Shown: positions 57,535 to 64,000 of the stretch, piece by piece
Position numbering within the stretch: position 1 is the stretch's first letter
Layout of the letters: each line of letters begins with the position of its first letter
Source of the DNA: Bacteroidales bacterium
GTDB taxonomy: Bacteria; Bacteroidota; Bacteroidia; Bacteroidales; P3
Length of the DNA: 64,000 bases
Reading direction: 5' to 3'
Assembly (NCBI GenBank): GCA_017477025.1
Contig: JAFUYA010000049.1
Location: 24,051-88,050 of the forward strand
Notes under the pieces: generated by a model
The model's input: the letters and a program-made list of their open reading frames with translations, nothing else
Told to the model about the DNA's origin: nothing
The model's database searches: none
Position numbers and translations under genes: made by a program

Positions 57535-57979
57535 TGGATGTTTTCAGCAAATTTTTCGCAACTTGTTTATAATCAAAGTTATCTTCCGAAGTTTTTTTGT
57601 AAGTATCCGCATCCCATATCTCAAGAAAATTGCCGGAACCTATTATTACGATTTCTTTTGTTATGTTAGTTGATTTTCTCATCATTTCCGGAATCAACAA
57701 ACGGTCAAAAGAATCCATTTCCAACATATTTCCCTCGATAAAACGGCGGTAAAGTTTCTTGGAATCAGGATCATAGAGATTCAGATTCTTGTTTAGAAAC
57801 GATACTTCTTTTTGAAAACTTTCGTAAGTAAAGACTTCCAAACAATCGTTGTAGATACTTTTGCGGATGAAGTAGCGATTGTCGGAAGCAATATCCAACT
57901 GCTTCTTTATCGCTGCAGGCATCTTGAATCTGCCTTGAGCATCCGTTTTACAATATTCTACACCTACCAACAAAGACAT
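57515..57979 (-). CDS. mraZ: transcriptional regulator MraZ
   Basis: Two DxxxR-type SpoVT/AbrB halves (DAQGRFKMP; DSFDRLLIP). First gene of the dcw cluster. It overlaps rsmH by 20 nt. Confidence 0.9.
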   Translation of the reverse strand: MSLLVGVEYCKTDAQGRFKMPAAIKKQLDIASDNRYFIRKSIYNDCLEVFTYESFQKEVSFLNKNLNLYDPDSKKLYRRFIEGNMLEMDSFDRLLIPEMMRKSTNITKEIVIIGSGNFLEIWDADTYKKTSEDNFDYKQVAKNLLKTSNADKSV

Positions 57980-58014
57980 TGTTTTTAACCTCTTTACTCC
58001 TTATAAAAGTGTTG

Positions 58015-58022
58015 CAAATTTA
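58015..58022 (-). promoter_or_regulatory. -7 box TAaaTTTG for mraZ / the dcw operon
   Basis: The plus strand reads caaattta. It lies 36 nt upstream of the mraZ ATG (57979). Confidence 0.5.
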
Positions 58023-58227
58023 CTAAAAAAAATCCAAATATTACCAAATTTTGACTTTTTTTACCTATTTATCCCAGTTTTACGTGAATTTTCTGTAAAG
58101 GTTACACTTTTTTGAGAATTATTTTTTTAAGATTTTCAATAGGTTAGGGACAAAAAATTTCAAAAAAACGCAGGGTTTAAAAGTTTTCAACAATCTGAAA
58201 GATGGAATTACACGGAATATTTTCGGG

Positions 58228-58430
58228 AAGTGTGATAATTTTCATGAAAAGTGTGATAAAACTTTTGAAATCTCTGACATTATTTTTGTCAGGACGGTTC
58301 AAAATCAACTTTCAGACCGTCCAAAATATAGTTTTAGACCGTCTGAAAAATTTTTTGAACCGTCTGAAACAAAAATATTCTTTATGATTACAAAAATATT
58401 CTCACACTTTACAAAACTAATATCATTGTT
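58228..58430. repeat. composite palindromic intergenic element, copy B
   Basis: GAC(C/G)GT/ACCGTC cores sit at 58293, 58315, 58337 and 58359 (22-bp period), each offset from its copy A counterpart by exactly 19862 bp. IR gacggttcaaaa/ttttgaaccgtc. Outer aagtgtga (58228, 58249) faces tcacactt (58402). Confidence 0.75.
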
Positions 58431-58555
58431 TTCAAATAAGTTATCAATAAAAGGGTAAATATTCATTTGACAGTTTTCGGATTTTATGCTGAAAAATGAG
58501 TTATTTTTATGAAAGATAGGATAGTTTTTACGAAATTTGCAAAAAATTTACGGAT

Positions 58556-59593
58556 ATGGGAAGTATAATAAATAAATCTGTTAAAATCATATCGGTATTA
58601 GTTGCTTTGATGTGTTTGTTTTCGTGTTCAAATACGGAGAAAAGAGTGGTAACGGACGGTTTTGTGCAGGGAACTTATTATCATATTGTTTTCTATGCAC
58701 AGGATACCTCAGGCATCAAGCAGGACATAAAGAAAATATTTGCCGATATTGATTCGTCATTATCTTTATGGGTGGAAAATTCAACGGTTAGCAGAGTGAA
58801 TCGTAATGAGGACGTGCTGTTGGATGACATATTCATTGATAATTTCAATGCTGCGATAAAATTTTCGCAATTAACCGACGGAGCATTTGATATCACGGTC
58901 GGGGAATTGGTCAGAAAGCACGGATTTGCAAACAAAAACAGAGAAAAATTAACAGACGGGCAGATTGATTCACTGTTGCAGTTCGTAGGATATGAGAATA
59001 TTTCTGTAAAAGACGGAAAACTGATAAAAAAATTTCCACAAACAACATTGGATTTCAATGCTATAGCACAAGGATATACTTCCGATAAGATTGCATCGTA
59101 TTTTCGCAGTCGCAACATCCGTTCTTTTATAGTGGATGTAGGAGGAGAAGTGATGTGCGGAGACAGAAAACCCGACAATTCCAAATGGTCGGTAGGAATA
59201 GAACAGCCCTCGGATGAGGATTCTCGGGATAATGAGAGACAAATGCAGCGGGAGAGAAAGACTCAACAGATTATCTATCTTGAAAATGAGTCGGTTGTAA
59301 CAAGCGGTAACTATAGAAAGTTTTATATTGAGGACGGTGTGAAATATTCGCACACTATTGATCCGAAAACAGGCAGATCGGTAACGCATTCTTTGCTTTC
59401 AGCATCAGTTGTAGCCGAAGATGCCGTAACGGCAGACGCTTTAGCAACGGCGTTTATGGTTATGGGATTGGAACGAACGCAAAAGTTTTTGCAAACACAC
59501 GATCAATATGCTGCATATCTGATTTTCTCCGACAAAGACGGCAATATGCAGACTTGGCAAAGCAGAAATTTCGATAAATATACAAAGAAATAA
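58556..59593 (+). CDS. apbE: FAD:protein FMN transferase (ApbE family lipoprotein)
   Basis: Lipobox LFSC, then GTYYHIV, FDITVG, LDFNAIAQGY, VDVGGEV, YSHTIDPKTG and ADALATA. Confidence 0.85.
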   Translation: MGSIINKSVKIISVLVALMCLFSCSNTEKRVVTDGFVQGTYYHIVFYAQDTSGIKQDIKKIFADIDSSLSLWVENSTVSRVNRNEDVLLDDIFIDNFNAAIKFSQLTDGAFDITVGELVRKHGFANKNREKLTDGQIDSLLQFVGYENISVKDGKLIKKFPQTTLDFNAIAQGYTSDKIASYFRSRNIRSFIVDVGGEVMCGDRKPDNSKWSVGIEQPSDEDSRDNERQMQRERKTQQIIYLENESVVTSGNYRKFYIEDGVKYSHTIDPKTGRSVTHSLLSASVVAEDAVTADALATAFMVMGLERTQKFLQTHDQYAAYLIFSDKDGNMQTWQSRNFDKYTKK

Positions 59594-59656
59594 GCAACCT
59601 GACAAAGTTTTACGGCTATAGTCCGTAATGTCGGGAGCAGGGTTTTATTCTTTTTG

Positions 59657-61285
59657 TCAGTCAGTTATGACTTCAATGTTTTTAAATCTGTCATCAACGG
59701 CAAAATTCTTGCTTACAATGAGATATTGAGTACCTTCAATATTTACAATATCAAATGCATCCGACTCAATTCTTGTAGCGGTGTATTTCTCCATTCTGTT
59801 TGCAAACGGCTTTATGTAGAACGGTAGGGAAGAAAAGTCGGTTTCGTTCAGTATAAAGTAAACTTTCTTTGGTTGTTTGCCGTTATACTCCTTGACATAA
59901 AACGGAAGATTCGGATAATCACTGAAATCTTTGTACCTATCAGGATTTGCCGTTGCCTCATTACAGAATCTTTCAGGAATAAATGCTAACGAATCTCTGT
60001 TAAATGCAGCAGCCATTTGGATATTCTCATGATTTTCGGATGAATAGAAATTATAGTACTCAGTCCACTCACTGATTAACGGTTCTTTGACATATTTTCT
60101 AAAAGGTTTAGGGATATTTACTGTATTTGTTTTTACTACAAATTGTTGGCTGTTTCTCATTTGACTGTACAGACTTCGGTATTCTTGATAGTTGTATACC
60201 GAAAAAACTAATGTTACGGCATAGAATACGGTAACAACTCCGCAACATACGTATAGGAAAGTCCGCTTTTCAAAGTTTATATGCTCATTTAATAAGACCA
60301 GTATCAATATCAGAGAGAAAAATTCTGCACCGAATGCAACTCTTGAATCCAATCTTCCCACATAGAAAAGAATACATATTGAAACAATAATTGCAGAAAG
60401 GATGGCAATGTATTTTTTTACAAATGTTGTAATTGAAAGTTTTTTCTTCTTTATCAAAATAAATATTATTACTGCCAGAATGTATATCAGTCTTAACTTT
60501 GTTAATGTCATAAGACTTAAATAAACGTTATGCAGAATTAACAATAAAGAAAAACCGTCTTTGGAAATTGTACTCCTGTGCATTGTTGAAGGAGAAAAAG
60601 TACAAACAAAAGCTCCGATAATAAAACCTATGATTAAAACAAAATTACCGTTTTTGTATATAGTTTTATAATTAAGTAATGAATATACAATCAAACCGCA
60701 GGCAAGAGGGAAAGTTATTCCTTCATGTGTCCAACCTAAAAGAAAACATATACAACTTAACGGAATATGTTTGTAAGATAAGGGTTGTTCTTCCGTCCTG
60801 CCGAGCATAAACAAAAAGATTAGCACGGCAAATGCCGGCCACAAATAGTTAATACTTCCGGTCATCCATAGAAAAGTTCCGCTGAATTCAGGTAAAAAGC
60901 CGCATACTATGACAATTATCAAGACAGCACTTACAGAATACTTTTTATTTTGTAAGATTCTTGTTAAGAGAGCAATAAAAAGACAGAATATAATGGTGTT
61001 GAATATATTGAATACATTTTTTCCTATAATGCCTGTAAAAAATTGTACGAAGCAATGAACGATACTTCTGCCGTTGAAGAGAAAATAGTGATTATATTGT
61101 GATATGAAAATATCTTTAAGGTTTTCAATAGGTCTTTCAAAGTCCATGAACGGGCGATCTTCCAGGCAGAATACAAATTTATAAAAATAATCGTCTCCGT
61201 ATTCAGGAGTCAGAAAGTTAAGAATATAAAATAAAATGCCTATAATAGCCAGGCATAACCAATATATTTGGGACTGTTTTTTCAT
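59657..61285 (-). CDS. polytopic membrane protein, probable GT-C-fold glycosyltransferase (GtrC-like specificity component)
   Basis: 542 aa with about 11-12 TM segments followed by a ~170-aa soluble C-terminal domain. An acidic EYGDDYFY motif sits directly after TM1. The start overlaps the gtrB-like stop (ATGA-type, 4 nt). Confidence 0.5.
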   Translation of the reverse strand: MKKQSQIYWLCLAIIGILFYILNFLTPEYGDDYFYKFVFCLEDRPFMDFERPIENLKDIFISQYNHYFLFNGRSIVHCFVQFFTGIIGKNVFNIFNTIIFCLFIALLTRILQNKKYSVSAVLIIVIVCGFLPEFSGTFLWMTGSINYLWPAFAVLIFLFMLGRTEEQPLSYKHIPLSCICFLLGWTHEGITFPLACGLIVYSLLNYKTIYKNGNFVLIIGFIIGAFVCTFSPSTMHRSTISKDGFSLLLILHNVYLSLMTLTKLRLIYILAVIIFILIKKKKLSITTFVKKYIAILSAIIVSICILFYVGRLDSRVAFGAEFFSLILILVLLNEHINFEKRTFLYVCCGVVTVFYAVTLVFSVYNYQEYRSLYSQMRNSQQFVVKTNTVNIPKPFRKYVKEPLISEWTEYYNFYSSENHENIQMAAAFNRDSLAFIPERFCNEATANPDRYKDFSDYPNLPFYVKEYNGKQPKKVYFILNETDFSSLPFYIKPFANRMEKYTATRIESDAFDIVNIEGTQYLIVSKNFAVDDRFKNIEVITD

Positions 61286-62235
61286 AATTGTTTGTTATTT
61301 TCTTCTTCGTTGTATGATTTTATGATATAAACAGGTCTGTTCTTTGTTTCGTAAAAGATTCTTCCTAAGTATTCTCCTATTATTCCCAAGAATAAAAATT
61401 GAAGTCCTACTGAAAACAGTATTACGGTTATCAATGTGGGAAATCCTTGTATGGATTCTCCCCAGATTAATGTTTTTGCTATGATAAAGCACATGTAACC
61501 AAATGCTCCTAAAGAAACCAACAGCCCGACAAAAGTGGCAAAACGCAACGGTAATGATGTAAATGACGTTATTCCATCTACTGCTAATCCAACCAAGGAC
61601 TTAAAATTCCAGGATGATGATCCTGCTACTCTGTCTTGTTGCTCGAATAAGATTTCTTTTTTCTTAAATCCTATCAAGCAAAACATACCTTTGGTATATC
61701 TGTTGGATTCTCTGAACAGTCTTAACGCATCTATACATTTTCTGTCGAGCAAACGGAAATCTCCTACGTTTTGTAATATCTCTACTCTGGTAGTTTTCTG
61801 CAATAATCTGTAATATTGTAAGGATAATTTCTTTCTTAACCACGATTCTTTACCTCTTGATTTTCTTTTGGCATAAACATCCTCAAAACCTTCTTCCCAA
61901 TGTTTCAACATTTCGGGAATAAGAGCAGGAGGATGTTGCATATCAGCGTCCATAATTATCATACAATCGCCTTTAGCATAATCAAAACCTGCCAACATTG
62001 CGGCTTCTTTGCCGAAATTACGGGATAAATCTATATAACAATAGCGTTTATCCTCCTTTCTGAACGATTTGATAATATCTATCGTTGCATCCGAGGAACC
62101 GTCATTGACAAAAAGTATTTCCCAATTGTAAAGATCATAGGAATTAATAAGTTTATCAATCTCCCGTTTGAGATACGGTAGGGATTCTTGTTCATTATAG
62201 CACGGAATTAATACGGTTACTTTCTTTTTTGTCAT
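61282..62235 (-). CDS. gtrB: GT2 polyprenyl-phosphate glycosyltransferase (GtrB/DPM1-like)
   Basis: VLIPCYNE, FVNDGSSD, the DXD motif MDADMQHPP, FRLLDR, and two C-terminal TM helices. Confidence 0.85.
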   Translation of the reverse strand: MTKKKVTVLIPCYNEQESLPYLKREIDKLINSYDLYNWEILFVNDGSSDATIDIIKSFRKEDKRYCYIDLSRNFGKEAAMLAGFDYAKGDCMIIMDADMQHPPALIPEMLKHWEEGFEDVYAKRKSRGKESWLRKKLSLQYYRLLQKTTRVEILQNVGDFRLLDRKCIDALRLFRESNRYTKGMFCLIGFKKKEILFEQQDRVAGSSSWNFKSLVGLAVDGITSFTSLPLRFATFVGLLVSLGAFGYMCFIIAKTLIWGESIQGFPTLITVILFSVGLQFLFLGIIGEYLGRIFYETKNRPVYIIKSYNEEENNKQL

Positions 62236-62624
62236 TTCGTTTTGTGTTTGAATACATATCTGACCATTAAGAAATTGATCGGTATTGCAATTGCGTATGT
62301 CGGTAACGGGGCTATAGACTTACTGACGCCGATACCTATGAACAGGTTCAGTAATGCTAATTGTATGAGATAATTGCATAAATGTGCAGCGGAAAATCCC
62401 AATCCTCTTTTTACGGATGCTTTGGATTTGAAAGTGAAATATGAGGTCATGAAAAAATTGCCTGTGAAACTTACCGCATAACCTATGGTGAAAGCAAGAC
62501 TCGCATTCATTTTCATTTTCATCAGAGTATAATAGACTGCGTAGTGTAAGCAGGTGGCAATAATTCCTACAATGATAAATCTGATTGCCTCATATATAGC
62601 AGTTTTTTCGTATATTAGTTTCAT
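62232..62624 (-). CDS. gtrA: GtrA-family membrane protein (polyprenyl-P-sugar flippase-like)
   Basis: 130 aa with 4 TM segments. RFIIVGIIATCLHYAVYY and the C-terminal NFLMVRYVF are typical of GtrA. Confidence 0.8.
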   Translation of the reverse strand: MKLIYEKTAIYEAIRFIIVGIIATCLHYAVYYTLMKMKMNASLAFTIGYAVSFTGNFFMTSYFTFKSKASVKRGLGFSAAHLCNYLIQLALLNLFIGIGVSKSIAPLPTYAIAIPINFLMVRYVFKHKTK

Positions 62625-62651
62625 ATTTACCGACCCGACTCAAATAAAGTG

Positions 62652-62659
62652 CAAAGATA
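62652..62659 (-). promoter_or_regulatory. -7 box TAtcTTTG for the gtrA-gtrB-GT-C operon
   Basis: The plus strand reads caaagata. It lies 28 nt upstream of the gtrA ATG (62624). Confidence 0.45.
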
Positions 62660-62732
62660 TCTATATATTTTGCGTAATAAGAGTTTTGTATGTATAGTAT
62701 TTTTTTTACATTGTGTATAATATTTTTTTACA

Positions 62733-62984
62733 TTATGAGGAAAAATCTACCGTATAATGAAATATCGGGGAGGAATCTTTCTTTTTGAAGACTTCGTTGG
62801 AAATATCTTTGAAGAAATCATAATTCAGAGCTTTACAGATTCTAATCAAAATATCCGTATCAATGCTTTCCCGTTTGAAGATGTTATATACATTGGCTCT
62901 TTCGCAGTGAATAGCCTCGGCAAGTTGTATGACTGATACACCCTGTCTTATCATAACTTCTCTGATATGTTTTCCGATATGCAT
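62733..62984 (-). CDS. XRE-family helix-turn-helix protein
   Basis: 83 aa. IGKHIREVMIRQGVSVIQLAEAIHCERANVYNIF is a Cro/C1-type HTH. Confidence 0.75.
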   Translation of the reverse strand: MHIGKHIREVMIRQGVSVIQLAEAIHCERANVYNIFKRESIDTDILIRICKALNYDFFKDISNEVFKKKDSSPIFHYTVDFSS

Positions 62985-63073
62985 CTTTACGGCATCTTCC
63001 CGTTAAGTTCCGCAACGGCTTTTTTCAAAAATAAGGAAACGTGGAACTATAAACTTACATTCCGACAGAAGGT

Positions 63074-63175
63074 CCTGAGAAAACCGTACACAAAGATGCT
63101 GTCTTTTATAAAATCCACGTAGGTGCAACCAGGCATCTACGCTTTTCTTTGTGTGTTGTTAGAAAATTTCTCAGG
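63074..63175. other. long-range hairpin in a relatively GC-rich non-coding stretch (structured leader or small RNA candidate)
   Basis: Three pairings: cctgagaaa (63074-63082) with tttctcagg (63167-63175); acacaaag (63088-63095) with ctttgtgt (63147-63154); atgc (63096-63099) with gcat (63133-63136). Confidence 0.35.
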
Positions 63176-63314
63176 TTTTCCGTCACAAATAATAAGCATA
63201 ACGCATCCTAAATCAGTCCTTAATACAATAGGGCTTTGATTTGCAAAAGTAAATAAAATTTTTCATATATCGCATTCGTTGCAATTAAGTAATTCGGCAT
63301 AAGAAAAAATGTTT

Positions 63315-63322
63315 TATATTTG
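63315..63322 (+). promoter_or_regulatory. -7 box TAtaTTTG
   Basis: tatatttg lies 24 nt upstream of ATG 63346. Confidence 0.45.
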
Positions 63323-63345
63323 CAACTGATTAGAATCTACCGTTT

Positions 63346-64000
63346 ATGAGATTGAAGAGAGGATTGTACATACTATGGATTACGCTTATATTGTTACCTC
63401 CTTTGTTTTATTTTATACCTGTGTATAAAACAAAGCAACTTAATGGCTGGATTGCGGAAGTAAATAAGCCTGAGATTACTTTAAAAGCAATATACGAGGG
63501 AAGATTTCAACATGAAGCAGAGGCTTTTTACAACGATAAATTATGTTTTCATCCCGATTTTGTAAGATTACGCAATCAAATATACTATTCTTGCTTTGAT
63601 ATTGCTTATCACGAAAAAACGTTGATAGGTAAGCAGGGTTATTTCTATGAAAAAGGCTATATCAATAATGTTTTCTACGGGTTATATTCTCAACCGTCAT
63701 CCGTACATAGAGAAAAAAGTGAGAAATTGTTCAAGATACAGGATACATTGGAGGCATTAGGTAAGGAATTTTTGTTTGTTTTTGCTCCCGGTAAGGGCAG
63801 TTATTATCCTGAATACATACCTTCCCGTATGCTTCACAAGAAAGTATTACTTCTCCCGAATGAAGATTATATGCATTGGTTCGATTCGCTCGGAGTTCAT
63901 TATATAGATTTGGATAAATGGTTCATTGAGTTGAAAAAACAGGGATATCCGCCTTTGTATTCCAAAAACGGGATACACTATAATAAATACGGAACCTATA
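63346..64000 (+). CDS. membrane-anchored AlgX/AlgJ/DltD-like SGNH-fold protein (3' end beyond window)
   Basis: The frame is open from ATG 63346 to the window end (my translation). It has an N-terminal TM (LYILWITLILLPPLFYFI). IGKQGYFYEKG, FAPGKGSYYPEY and SKNGIHYNKYG resemble the GK.GWLF / P.K / D.HW blocks of polysaccharide O-acyl transfer proteins. Confidence 0.5.
   Translation, partial: MRLKRGLYILWITLILLPPLFYFIPVYKTKQLNGWIAEVNKPEITLKAIYEGRFQHEAEAFYNDKLCFHPDFVRLRNQIYYSCFDIAYHEKTLIGKQGYFYEKGYINNVFYGLYSQPSSVHREKSEKLFKIQDTLEALGKEFLFVFAPGKGSYYPEYIPSRMLHKKVLLLPNEDYMHWFDSLGVHYIDLDKWFIELKKQGYPPLYSKNGIHYNKYGTY

Noticed and set aside
58228-58259. Tandem aagtgtgataa repeats as the MraZ operator
   Set aside because: They are about 250 nt from the mraZ start and about 210 nt from its -7 box. 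They also form part of the dispersed element, with an inverted copy at 58402 and a related word at 18.7 kb. I kept this only as an alternative within the copy B finding.
1-64000. rRNA, tRNA, tmRNA, CRISPR arrays, intact IS elements or prophage
   Set aside because: I scanned the spacers for GGTTCGAAT-type T-arms, regularly spaced direct repeats and transposase-like ORFs and found none. The only recombinase signal is the decayed integrase fragment at 9998-10396.

Overview
AT-rich (about one-third G+C by eye) chromosomal segment, most likely from a Bacteroidota (Bacteroidales-like) genome. This is inferred from TAnnTTTG promoter boxes in front of many genes, three cargo proteins with T9SS C-terminal sorting domains, a UpxY-type antiterminator, and the order of the division/cell-wall genes. 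I support about 58 protein-coding genes and found no rRNA, tRNA or CRISPR array.

Housekeeping content: ade (partial), obg, thiL, pckA, ssb, rluB, dut, rdgB, ackA and purL. A division/cell-wall cluster lies on the minus strand from 57979 down to 43043, in the order mraZ-rsmH-ftsL-ftsI-murE-mraY-[murD slot]-ftsW-murG-murC-ftsQ-ftsA-ftsZ.

Accessory content:
- An EcoRI-family m6A methyltransferase plus DUF262-HNH nuclease pair (4.1-6.2 kb).
- A tyrosine-integrase remnant followed by a flavoprotein/acetyltransferase/GyrI-like cluster (10-13.4 kb).
- A PlpD-like patatin/Omp85 protein next to an N-acyltransferase.
- A GLUG-repeat T9SS surface protein preceded by a G10 tract.
- An orphan UpxY plus sugar dehydrogenase pair.
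- A gtrA-gtrB-GT-C-like glycan modification operon (59.7-62.6 kb).

Observations I rank highest:
1. The methyltransferase + DUF262-HNH module may be a non-canonical restriction/defence system.
2. The murD position holds only a 162-aa, strongly diverged Mur-ligase C-terminal-domain ORF.
3. A dispersed intergenic palindromic element has four GAC(C/G)GT boxes spaced exactly 22 bp apart. Two long copies lie at 38.4 kb and 58.3 kb, with shorter relatives elsewhere.

All functional calls come from reading the translations and motifs by eye. No database search was run.
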